A DNA stretch of 64,000 bases from Leucoraja ocellata. Its lineage: Eukaryota. Location: assembly GCA_036785375.1 (NCBI GenBank), contig JAWMAR010000506.1, positions 992,001-1,056,000 on the forward strand, in the 5' to 3' direction. Of the stretch, positions 38,366 to 50,444 are shown in pieces; the stretch's first letter is position 1, and each line of letters starts with the position of its first letter. A program made the translations under genes and the position numbers. A model generated the notes under the pieces. The model had not been told where the DNA came from and ran no database searches. It worked only from the letters and a program-made list of their open reading frames with translations.

Positions 38366-38425
38366 TACATGGTCAAGTATGCCACCATGTATCTTTTATA
38401 TATTTAAAAGCATTCAAGCTTTTCA
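38366..38425 (-). mobile_element. ERV-A 5' LTR stub (first ~60 nt of U3)
   Basis: 48/54 identity by eye to 33149-33202, ending at the same TG terminus. Confidence 0.85.
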
Positions 38426-40050
38426 CTGGCATCCCGAGAATTAACCTTGAGAACCTACGCTACACTCCCTCAATAGCAAGAATGTCCTTCCTGGAGACCA
38501 AAACTGCACACAATACTCCTGGTGCGATCTCACCATGGCCTGTACAACTGCAGAAGAACCTCTTTGCTCCCATACTCCTCTTGTTTATGAAGGCCAATAT
38601 GCCATTCGCTTTCTTTACTGCCTGCTGTACCTGCATGCTTACTTTCATTGACTGATGAACAAGGACCCCCAGATCCCATTGTACTTCCCCCTTTCCCAAC
38701 TTGACACCATTTAGATAGTAATCTGCCTTCCTGTTTTTGCTACCAAAGTGGATAACCTCACATTTATCCACATTAAACTGCATCTGCCATGCATCTGCCC
38801 ACTCCCCTAACCTGTCCCAGTCACCCTGCATTCTCATAGCATCCTCCTCACAGTTCACACTGCCACCCAGCTTTGTGTCATCTGCAAATTTGCTAATGTT
38901 ACTTGTAATCCCTTCATCTAAATCATTAATATATATTGTAAATAGCTGCAGTGCCAACACCGAGCCTTGCGGTACTACACTAGTCACTGCCTGCCATTCT
39001 GAAAGGGACCCGTTTATCCCTGCTCTTTGTTTCCTGAATGCCAACCAATTATCTATCCATGTCAGCACTCTACCCCCAATACCATGTGCCTTAATTTTGC
39101 CCACTAATCTCCTATGTGGGACCTTATCAAATGCTTTCTGAAAGTCCAGGTACACTACACATCCACTGGCTCTCCCTTGTCCATTTTCCTAGTTACATCC
39201 TCAAAAAATTCCAGAAGATTAGTCAAGCATGATATTCTCTTCGTAAATCCATGCTGACTTGGACCGATCCTGTTACTGCTATCCAAATGTGCCGCTATTT
39301 CATCTTTTATGATTGACTCCAGCATCTTCCCCACCACCGATGTCAGGCTAACTGGTCTGTAATTCCCTGTTTTCTCTCTCCCGTCTTTCTTAAACAGTGG
39401 GATAAGAAACTATAAAAGATTAGATCCTGAACCTATAGAAGATTGGAAAAGAAGCTTTTACTATCCTCCTTTATATTCTTGGCTAGCTTACCTTCTTACC
39501 TCACCTTTTCTCTCCGTATTGCCCCTTTAGTTATCTTATGTTGCTCTTTAAATGTTACCCAATCCTCTTGCTTCCCGCTCATCTTTGCTATGATGTAGAC
39601 AAAAGTGCTGGAGAAACTCAGCGGGTGCAGCAGCATCTATGGAGCGAAGGAAACAGGCAATGTTTCGGGCCGAAACCCTTTGCTATGTTGTACTTCTTCT
39701 CTTTTATTTTTATACTGTCCATGACTTCCCTTGTCAGCCACGGTCGACCCTTACTCCCCTTGGAATCTTTATTCCTCTTTGGAATGAACTGATCCTGCAC
39801 CTTCTGTATTATTCCCAGAAATACCTGCCATTGTTGTTCTGATGTCATCCCTGCTGGGGTATCTTTCCAGTCAACTTTGGCCAGCTCCTCCCTCATGGGT
39901 CCATAGTCCCTTTTGTTCAACTGTAATACTGACACCTCCAATTTACTCTTCTCCCTCTCAAATTGTAGATTAAATCTTATCATATTATAGTCAATACCTC
40001 CAAATGGCTCCTGACCTCAAGTTCCCTTATCAAGACAATAGTTCCCTTAT
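38426..40050 (-). mobile_element. CR1 ORF2 (5' continuation of the 32271-32726 element)
   Basis: YLDFQKAFDKVPH, VPQGSVL, KFADDTKL; Penelope-derived insert at ~39598-39678. Confidence 0.9.
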
Positions 40051-41559
40051 CAAGTCCAGTGCATTATCAAAGATATTTCTTAAATATCTTCACATAACTT
40101 CTCATTATGGTGCTTTGTACTTTTATGTATTGTTTCATCGTGACCACCCGTTGCTTACAAATCAGTTGTTGGCTTTCTTTTTTATCATGACTAAATAAAA
40201 CATGTGAAATTCATTTTATATTTAGAGTGAAAGTTCTGATACTATACTTACAAAATGGTTGCAATATTTCTGTCTTTGGAATGGGACCGTTTAAGAGGGT
40301 ACACCAAGATTACAATCACAATTGACAGTTTGAAATATAGTTATATTTGTGGTTTATAAAAAAATTGATGTACAAAAAATTGATGTTTTTGTTGAGTGAG
40401 TTGGCAGTTTGAGTTTGGTTGAAGCAGAGTAACAATTTGTTTAAATTACATGTTTGAATTGTTGGACTGATAATCTGAATTAGTGATTTTAAAAAAAATC
40501 AACAGATTTGTGTGTGTGGACATCGGCTTCTTTTACTTTTTTAGGTTTTACTGTAATTTAAGTGATCGCCGTCAGCAGGGCTCGAAATTAGCGGTTGCCC
40601 GGGTGCCATTGACCACTCAAAGTGCAGCCGGGCAACCTAAATGCCGACTCATTTTGCCCGGCTTGGCAATCAAATACTGGTTTATACCGACAGTCACAAA
40701 AAACTGGAGTAACTCCGCGGGTCAGCCAGCATCTCTGGAGAATAGGAACGTGACGTTTCGTGTCAGCGGTGGCGGCGGCTGTATTCATCTAGTATCTTTG
40801 ATTGTGGGGCAAAGACACTAGGTGCGTGGTGACGAAGGGTTGGAGCGAAACACGGGCCCGAATAGCGGCAACAGCGGCGGCAACAGCAGTTCCATCGCCT
40901 CCTCCTCCCGCACCTCGCCCGGCGGAAGGAACCTCCCTCTCTCCCTCCTCCCGGCCTCGGCTTGCGAGAGGGGTTGTGAAAGCGCAGTTGGCGGATTTGC
41001 AAGCAGCGGCCGCTATCGCCCTGATAACGGCCACTGCTTGCAAATCCGCCAACGGCGCTTTCACAACCCCTCCCGGATGCCGAGGCCGGGAGGAGGGAGA
41101 GAGGGAGGGAGAGGGCTCCTTCCGCCGTCTGAAGCAGCTGCACGACTGATCCTTTAGCTATAGGATCTTTGAGCTGCTCGGCTCCGCACCTTCCAGTCGG
41201 CTGGCGGACGAGGGAAGGCGGTGGCTTTGAGGCGGCGGCACTTTGGCGTTGGACAGGGACGGCCAAGGCAGCGATGTCCGAGGAGCGCTGACCTTCCTTC
41301 CTCCCCACCTCCTCTGCACCTTCCATCCTCTCTCTCTCTCTCTCTTTTTTTTTTTCCTGGGACCCCTCCTCTCCATCCCGCACTGATCCCCATTCCCTCC
41401 TCCTCTATTCAGTCCTCACTGACATCCCCTGTGCTCCCCTCCCCATCTACCCCTCCCCCCCCCCAATCTATTCATCACCGTACCCAGCTCGCATTAATTC
41501 TCCTGCCACCCCCCCCCCCCCGATCCATCCTGCACTTCTCCCCCCATTCATACTGCACT

Positions 41560-41935
41560 AAACCACCCATTCATCCTGTACTGACCCACCCTCCATATAC
41601 CCCGCACCAATCCCCCTCCCCCCCCATCCATCCTGTACTGATCTCCCATCCATCCTGTACTGATCTCCCATTCATCTTTTACTGATCCCTCATGCATCCT
41701 GTACTGATCCCCTCATGCATCCTGTACTGATCCCCTCATTCATCCCGTACTGATCCCCCATTCATCCTATACTGATCTCCTCATTCATCCTGTAGTGATC
41801 CCCCATTCATCCTGCACAGACCCTCCGATCCACACAGTCCTGACCCCCCCCCCCCCAATTCATCCTGTACTGATCCCCCCCATTCATCCTGTGATGACCT
41901 CCTCCCCCCATCCATCCTGTACTGACCCCCCCCCC
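41560..41935. repeat. Minisatellite (~21-23 bp unit CATCCTGTACTGATCCCC..ATT)
   Basis: More than 10 imperfect tandem copies. Confidence 0.9.
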
Positions 41936-42606
41936 TCATTCAAGAAGAATGGGACGAACAGTTTGAAGATGGGTCTCGACCCGAAACTTTGTATATACAC
42001 CACTGACATCTCCCCTCACAATTTTACATACTCCAACCAACACGTACTAATTCACCTGCCTCAATCCATCCATTCCGCACCGATTGCCTTCTCAAACCCC
42101 CCATCGCCATCTATCCACCCCGCACTGATTCACACACCTCCTGACCCTATTGTGCTTCATGGTCTTCAGAGCGAACATTGACTATGTTTGATAACGGAAT
42201 GCAATCAAATGTGTTTTAAAGCCCAATGTTATTAATTGTTTTGACCTTTAAACATATTACCAAAAGAACATTTGCTGCAGTTATGTCCTTTGGTCATCTC
42301 TTGTCAGTTAGTGTAATGTTTAACCTGTTAGATTGGTATGGTCGGTTTTAACAGCTATTATCATAAAATGCCTTTAGAAATTTCCTTGCAACGTTTATAT
42401 TTTGTTATGGATAAATTATGTGGGAAGCGAGAGTGTTTCTGTGTCAATATCAATAACGACCCATGCTATGGCCATGTCATGGTAATTTTCGGTCCTTCAC
42501 AGAAAACATGCTTGCATCAATTTCAATATGTAAAAAGAGTTGAGATATTGTATTATAATTTTGCTGCATGTCATTGTGCTATATATAATGTCTTGATTGG
42601 TGAATA

Positions 42607-43040
42607 TAGAAACATAGAAAAATAGGTGCAGGAGTAGGCCATTTGGCCCTTTCGAGCCTGCACCGTCATTCAATATGATCATGGCTGATCATCCAACTCA
42701 GTATCCTGTACCTGCCTTCTCTCCATACCCCCTGATCCCTTAAGCCACAAGGGCCACATCTAACTCTCTCTTAAATATAGCCAATGAACTGGCTTCAACT
42801 ATCTTCTGTGGCAGAGAATTCCAGAGATTCACCACTCTCTGTGTGAAAAATGTTTTTCTCATCTCGGTCCTAAAAGATTTGCCCCTTATCCTTAAACTGT
42901 GACCCCTTGTTCTGGACTTCCCCAACATCGGGAACAATCTTCCTGCATCTAGCCTGTCCAACCCCTTAAAATTTTTGTAAGTTTCTATAAGATCCCCCCC
43001 TCAATCTTCTAAATTCTAGCGAGTACAAGCCGAGTCTAGC
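42607..43040 (-). mobile_element. Young CR1 3' end inside the hAT element
   Basis: Highly similar to ~17130-17550 and 30029-30345. Confidence 0.88.
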
Positions 43041-43087
43041 CAATATGTTTAGTTTGACTTTATTTGAAACAGAAATAATAAGTGAAT

Positions 43088-43305
43088 GTAGACAAAAGTG
43101 CTGGAGGAACTCAGCAGATGTGGCAGCATCGATGGAGCGAAGGAAATGGGCAACGTTTCGGGCCGAAACCCTTCTTCAGACTGATGGGTTTTGGCCTGAA
43201 ACATTGCCTATTTCCTTCGCTCCATAGATGCTGCTGCACCTGCTGAGTTTCTCCAGCACTTTTGTCTACCTTCGATTTTCCAGCATCTGCAGGTCCTTCT
43301 TGAAC
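43088..43305. mobile_element. Fold-back Penelope-derived unit with 14-bp TSD and hammerhead-like core
   Basis: Arms 43088-43171 / 43186-43269; ATAATA(A/T)GTGAATG at 43075-43088 and 43306-43319. Confidence 0.8.
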
Positions 43306-45219
43306 ATAATATGTGAATGCTTCATTGAGCATAATTCCAACTGGTAACTACGCACTTCGTCCAAGCACATTATCGCACGTGTCATGCAAACCGTCTTAAA
43401 TGACCACCTAAACTGTCATTTGGCAACCTAAAAAGCTGTCAAGGTTGCCCGGCTGGCAACAGGGAGAAAAGGTTAAGTGAGAGCCCTGGTCAGGATATCC
43501 TGCCTTCATATCCAGCTTTCTGTTTTTCCATTTCTAAGGCCATGCATCATAGTCATTAAGCTATTAGTAGTTGTATAAACACAAGCAGATAATATGGTAG
43601 AACAGTTTGGCATCATTTGTGGCAAGAGAATAATCTTATGTTATTTCAGAATTCATTTTATAATTGTAGTCTGCTTCCTGTACTTGATCTTTTTCTGGAT
43701 TTTGCTGCAAAGGATGATTGGGTTGGACTATTTAACATCGACAATTGTGTATCGTTTTACTTTGCTAAATTATGATTACCCTCTCTTATTCCTCTAAACC
43801 AATGAACAAGAAAAATAACTGTGTGTTATGTCGATGCTCCAGCATTCTGGAAATTACTGTGCTGTGACATTTATGATTGTCATGGCTTACTTCAAAAACA
43901 ATTCATACTTGGTCTAGATTAATGTGATGTTTGAAGCAGACAACATTGGGTTGATCGAAGGTTAATATACATCGAAGATTTAAAAACAAACAAATTTAGA
44001 ACTGCATTCAATTTTTGGGGGGGCGAAGAACATCTATTGGATATTATTATAAAGAACATATTATTATAAAGAACATATTGGAGGTTCTGGAATGAGTAAA
44101 CATTGGAGCAGGGAGTTTCAAGGTCTTTGAACAAGTATTAAAATCTGTGCATTATAAGGCTAAAACTATTACAGGGCAGATGAGATTGAAAATACTTGAA
44201 ACATTTCTACTCTACTTTATGATACAAATTGGTCTTCTATACCCCAATTTAAAAGTCAAATTAAGCACCATCTTTCCCCACCCACCATAGTTAACTTTAT
44301 TGTGCCATCCCATCTGTACTGATGTGAAAGTTTCATTCAAATAATTAAACTTATAACTAGTAAAGACAATTAAGGCAGATTTTTGTTCAGCTGGAATGGG
44401 ACAGATAGTGTGTTGAAATATCAGTAAGGGGGTTCATATCAGGTTCTCTATGTTACATGTTTATGCCAAATTATTTTTTAATTGCTGGATTTTCTGAAGC
44501 ATCAGCATTAGTTTGTAGGTACACAAAAGTACTGGAGAAACTCAGCGGGTGCAGCAGCTTCTATGGAGCGAAGGAAATAGGCAATGTTTCGGGCCAAAAC
44601 CCTTCTTCAGACGGGTGGGGGTGGCAGGGAGAAGAAAGGAAAAAGGAGGAGGAGGAGCCCGAGGGCTGAGGGAGAGATAGAAAGGGGAGGAGACAGCAAG
44701 GGCTAACAAAATTGGTGGGCATGAACATTGAATTGGACCCCTCAGCAAAGAGTAAACTAGGAAGGGGAAAATCTTCGGTATCCGAGGGAGAGGTTGACAG
44801 CGTGACGTGGCATCGAGATCAAGTGTTCGTGAATTGTGTGCTAGTGCTTTAAATCATTTTGTAAATTGTAAAAAATAGCTTTGCGTATTCTCCAGATTTT
44901 GTAAATATTCTCTGTATGTAACTAAATTTTAGAGTAATTAAAAGTTAAGATTTAGATCATGTTAAGTCCGCGGACCATCATTGTGTTGCTGCTTGTGCTG
45001 GTGTTTACAGATTTAAAGCTTGAAGCGAGAGTGTGTTCAAGTTAGATATTCGTAGTGCTTAATTTAGATATCCATATTTGTTTAAGATTGTTTTGTGAGA
45101 ATCTGAATCGGGGTTGTACTCCTTCGATCACTGCGTTGGGGGAGGAGTCATCCTGCTGATTGATTGTGCCACGAGGAGGATTGGTTAAAGTGGGGTTTAC
45201 TGTATGCTTCTCAGTTACA

Positions 45220-45445
45220 TCAAGTCAAGTCAAGTCAAGTTTATTTGTCACATACACATACGAGATGTGCAGTGAAATGAAAGTGGCAATGCTCGCGGAA
45301 CAACAAAACAACCAAACAAATTATAAACACAATCATAACACACATATTATTTTACATAATAAATAATAGAAGGAGAAACGTTCTGTACAGTTAGTCCCTG
45401 GTGAGAAAGGCGTTTACAGTCCGAATTGCCTCTGGGAAGAAACTT
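45220..45445 (-). mobile_element. Rex1/Babar 3' end inserted in the ERV-B leader
   Basis: (CAAGT)n tail + TTTATTTGTCACAT...CTGGGAAGAAACT. Confidence 0.65.
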
Positions 45446-45904
45446 CCCAGTGTGTGTTTGGGTTATTGATAATCGGGGGTATATTTTCATTCTTAGTTAT
45501 AGTCTTGTTAGTGTGATTTGGGTTTATTTGTTTGTGCCAACTTAAAGTTAATTGAGAGAGAGAGAAACTGCTGCATGAGAGACTGCGAGTGGGAGTTAGA
45601 CCCTTTGTTTGAAAGTTTGGAATTGAATACAGCAATTGTGATTTAACTGATAAGAGAGTTGGTAGAGATTGAATAGGAGCGAGTGGTTTGAATAATTAAA
45701 CAGGAGTGATTGGGAGATAGCAGGAGTGATTGGGAGATAGTTGAAAGGAGGCGATTGCTGAAGTGGGTTTGAATCGGAAAGATCATTACGCGTTGTGTGA
45801 GGTAGATTCCATTGACCTTAGAGTCTGGGAGAAGTAGTGAGAGAAAGTGGTGTTAGTCTCTGGAACTTTTCTTTTGCAATTTGTGTTTTGTCCATTGTTC
45901 CGAG

Positions 45905-47355
45905 ATGGGAAATGTCTCTGAGAAGGATCGATCAAACAGATTGGAAAGCCAGATAAGGATAATTTGTGGGGAGCTTCCAAATGAAGCGGATAGACTGAGG
46001 GGATTATAGGGGAAATTAAACGTGCTTTTGAAAGATCAACTTTGGCGGTTGGGGGGAATAAAGTATTTAATCGGGATAAGCTCTATAGAGACAATCGTTA
46101 GAAATTATGGGAATAGTGAAGAAGCAAACGAGTTAATTCAGATGTGGAAAGCGTTCTGCACTAAAAGAAAAAATAAAGAAATAAATTGTTTTACTGTCCA
46201 CCCTAAGAATGGCGGCTGGTAAATTGGGAATAGGAGAAGATAATATAACTGATCCTTCTCAGGACATTTCAGAGCGGGGACAAGGGAAATTAATAAGCCA
46301 ACAGCAGGAGCAAGAGCAGGAGAGAATGTCGTCTTTTGAATAGGAGACTGCTGAAATGGCTCTTAAAGGGAAGGTGCCAATGGAAATTAAATCGGGTAAA
46401 TTGGGTAAGAATGAGAAAGGGTCTGCACACCTTGAAGGGAATGATATACTGGGCAGAGTTCTTCAGAGTAGATATAGAGCCACAGTGTCTCTCAGAGAAC
46501 TCTCATGTTCCCAAATCAGAGGATCTGTGCGCAGCTTGCGAGCGGGGCGCAAGGGAGGAGTCAATGTTAACTTCGGCTCCTCCCCCTAAATTTGAATCTA
46601 GCATGGAAACATTGGGAAGAGATCTTCTATCTCCTGGGATTGCCCCACGGGTGGAGAATAATAAGGGAAACCCAGAAGCTAGAAAGAAGACTTCATCGAC
46701 ATGGGTGCTGAAATTATTTAGGGATTCTAGTAGTGAAAGAATAAAATAATCCTTCTTGAAGTACCGGGATAAAACAAATAGCCTTTCAGAGGGGGAGATT
46801 AGGGGAGAATATGGATGGATTGGTCTGGACATCAATAATATTATGGTGTCGGAACAAGTCACCACAGAAGAGAATTGAGTAAGAACACCCCGTAGACAAT
46901 GTGTTTGTAGGAAAATGTTTGCATCAGGTATAAATATTCCCCAGACCACAGACAATCAGACATCAAGGCAGCCTGGTTCAACAGCAGCATGGAGATTAGA
47001 GGTCTGAATAAAAGAGATAAGAACAAATGAGAATAAGGAGGAAGAAGACCTTATGGCCTGGATAGACCTCCCATTTACAGAACCAACCTTTCCTTGGTTT
47101 GGCTGGCGAGGTTTTAGAGCAATCCGGCCCGATCAGTGTTTTAATTGTGGAGGACATGGGCACTGGAGTCGGTCGTGTCCCATGAGAGAATATCAGCAGG
47201 AAGGAAGGGGGCAGAGAAGGAGGCCACGGGGTCATGGAAACCGATGGAATCCAAGAGAGCACCGAGGCTCCTGTGACCCTGAAGGTAGAGGACGGGGACA
47301 CTGGCAGGGGGATCAGGGGGAAGAGACATACCGACAGTCCAACCCATTTCAATAG
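45905..47355 (+). pseudogene. gag: ERV-B gag remnant
   Basis: MGNVSE myristoylation-type start, MA-like LWRLGG, single zinc knuckle CFNCGGHGHWSRSC, ends NPFQ-TAG; multiple stops. Confidence 0.8.
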
Positions 47356-48332
47356 CTCTGACTTGCCAGTTAGCAGCAATACCATTTGATGAAAATTAAA
47401 ATGCGTCCTCACCTGGTCTAAGGAACAGTACTGTACATTGAACAGGGACATCACCCCTTCCAAACAGGAAAAGATACATCAAATCTGACTCCCGGAGAAC
47501 TCTCACTAAAGAAGGAAGTACGGCAAGGAAACATAGTAGCTAGCGTTGGAAGTGATAACAAATAAGGAATGAAAATGGGTCCAGGGAGCGAGAAAAAAAA
47601 AGTTACTGTGCAGGAGGAATGGGAGTGGGGAAAAGAAGATATTGAACTAATGTATTGCTGAGTTTTGTGCCTGCAGGATAGTATGTCAACAAGAGGCTAT
47701 CTGGGGAGTGAGGTAAAACAATGCACAGATCCTTAAGAACGTGAAGAAGGCAGCGAAAGATAATGTAGCTGAAAAAAGTGACCAGCAGGAGGAATTGATA
47801 CTGTCCTGCCCCTTTAAGACACTTGAGAAGGCCAGCAGGCAGAGCAAAATGCTCCTCAGTATCTCCACTACCTAGTAACAGACACCATAATCAGAAAGGA
47901 GGAAGAAAGGACCAAATTATGGGGGGTAGAAATAAATTTATAAATTTTGGATTTGGTCTCGAAATTGCGATGATGAAGTGGAGGGACTTTAAAATGTTCA
48001 AGATTTGGAATAGACTTGTGGAATCTGATTTAGGACTAATTGGAGTTTGATTATTAACTGACATTGTTATTATCTCGTCCTCAGAAAGGCGGACAAAGAT
48101 GGAAAGGATTGTTCAAAGGGCATCAAGAAGGATGGAACTTGGGAAGATCTGGTAATATGGAATTATTTAGGGAATATGAGAGTTGAATTAAAATCGGAAT
48201 TAAACTTGGAACTTAAAATGGGAATTGGAATTGGAATTGGAATATAATTGGACATGGTCAAAAGAGGAACTGTGAGCAATAGGACTTCCCTTTGAGAGAC
48301 CGGATTAAGAAATTATTTAGTAGTTGAGAACT

Positions 48333-48572
48333 ACTTCAGTAGTTGAGTAGTGGTGGAGGCAGGTTATTCAGTAGTTGAGTAGTGGTGGAGGCAGGTTCAT
48401 TGGTATCATTTAAAAATAAATTGGATAGGCATATGGATGAGAAGGGAATGGAGGGTTATGGTATGAGTGCAGGCAGGTGGGACTAAAGGGAAAAAAATTT
48501 GTTCGGCACGGACTTGTAGGGCCGAGATGGCCTGTTTCCGTGCTGTAATTGTTATATGGTTATATTGTTATA
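48333..48572 (+). mobile_element. CR1 3' end with 8-bp TSD inside ERV-B
   Basis: TGAGAACT at 48325-48332 and 48573-48580; (GTTATAT)n tail; duplicated 5' segment. Confidence 0.8.
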
Positions 48573-49671
48573 TGAGAACTGTAAAAGCGAGAACCCTAGA
48601 CAACGAACAAAGCCAATAGAATAAAAGCGAGCACCCCTAGACAGACATGGTAAAATCTAATATAGTAATAGCTAATAGAATAGAGAACCAACATAGTGGA
48701 GAATTAGCATAGTAATTAGTTATCATCGTGAAAAGTGCATATATTAATGCGACAAAATGGAGGACAGACTTCGTTAACTAGGGGGAAACTTGGATTATAT
48801 TGGGAATAGCAGAGTAGCAGCCGATGGATATTCGCCCGATGGATTTGAATTGTTTAACCCTTGATGGTAAAGAGGCTTATATTATCAAGGTGGAAATAAA
48901 TTGTTCCTGGATTTGATATTTTTGATTGGACAGGACGAAATTAATAGTAAAGAAATTGATTGTTTAACTTCGAACAGGTGTGAATTCCACAGAAATTGGA
49001 AGGGAATCGTATTATCGGCTACAATGCTATGGAATGAGAAGAGAAAATGGACATTGAAATTCGAATAGTAAATTGAAGGCTGAGACTGAATTTGGTTAAA
49101 TTGGAACATTTATCATGGTTTGCTTCAAATTAAAGTCATGCCTGTAGGGGAACCTGGACTGAACCCAGCTGAAATTTATATGATTACCGGTCACCAGATA
49201 TATGTAGTAACACCGTGTGAGTATGAAGAAGGATATTTAGTGTCGATCCTAGAATAATAAAGAGTATGTTAGGGAACAGATAGGAATAGGGATATAGTAC
49301 AATATAATAGGTTAAATAGCGAATGTGTGGGAAAGCATGAGTGCATAATGGTAACTTGCTTTGTTCCAAGCTTCTTAGGATTTTCTAGGCTTTAGGTTTG
49401 ACTGTGGAAGGTGATGGAAGACTGGGCAGGAACACGGATGGAGGGAATTCGTGCCCACAAAAACTCGGGAGGTGAAGACTCCTCAGACAGGACTTGTGAA
49501 GTCATGCCCATGAAAACTCGGGATGCTTTACAAGATTCTGAGAAGGAACATCGTCTTGTGTTACTGATGGATGGGAAATGTAAAGCACACTTATGTATAT
49601 CTGGTTAGCTGATTATTGAGCCACGTTGGTTATCATTAATGATGGGCTATCATTATGATAAAAGGATGGAA

Positions 49672-50444
49672 TGTTAATCCTGGCTAAATTGGACCAACTC
49701 GGACTTCAAAATAGGGGTTAAGTTTCTAGGTTGCTGGGAAATGTGGTCAAATTGGAATTACTCTCTGCAGAGCTGGGACAGGCTGCGAGAGGTGCCAGAG
49801 TGTCTGGAGCCGAGACAATTTGCAAGCAAAGAATGGGAAGCCTTGCAAACCCTGTCAATCTAGTGCAAAAAATATAGAATGGATTGGATGGCTGCAAACC
49901 AGATATACACCTTGTAAATAGTTGTAAATAATGTTGCAGAGTCTGACTTTGCTAATTGTTGATTGGATAAGGTGTTGAGCCTTGTCTGCGTTTTCTGTTA
50001 ATCAGGGTAAATGTTTCCAAGTTGACTTCATCTCGAAGTCCGTTGTGAATACAATGTATTGAACTGTTGTATCATTGGGTTAGGGAAATGCCAATTATGT
50101 ATGGGGTTAATTGATATCTGTAATTGGGTGATTAAGAGACCACCCCCATGTGGTTCGTCTCCTCGAGGTCTCGGGACATATAAAAGTCTGTGATCACGAG
50201 GCTCAGCGTTGATCTTCTGGGAGAGCTCTCAGGACCATGTACCCTTCCGGAGTGCCTCTGTCTGAGCGAGGCCTAGAGGGCTTGAACAGGCAGACGCAAG
50301 GATCGAACCTTTGGTAGGATAAGTACAGTGTGTGATCTGTAACGCACTTTTGGTAAAATAAAATTTAGTTGATTCAAGTGCTTGATTCAGTGTTTTTACT
50401 GAAACTAGACTGTGGGGAAGCTTAGAAATGAGTAATTATCAACA
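49672..50444 (+). mobile_element. ERV-B 3' LTR (773 bp)
   Basis: PPT AAAAGGATGGAA then TGTTAAT...ATCAACA; TATAAAA 50179-50185; AATAAA 50357-50362. Confidence 0.8.

Larger units (their letters stand above)
40576..43488. mobile_element. Non-autonomous hAT-like DNA transposon with 5-bp TSD
   Basis: Termini CAGGGCTC...GAGCCCTG; subterminal GGTTGCCCGG/GGCAACC motifs at both ends; GTCAG at 40571-40575 and 43489-43493. Confidence 0.8.
44736..50444 (+). mobile_element. ERV-B: decayed, internally deleted provirus lacking a 5' LTR
   Basis: Long leader, gag remnant, degraded integrase-like traces ~48.6-49.45 kb, PPT and 3' LTR. Confidence 0.78.

Noticed and set aside
40763-41685. Long GC-rich ORFs (206, 154, 115 aa)
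   Set aside because: Arise from the palindrome and low-complexity repeats inside a transposon
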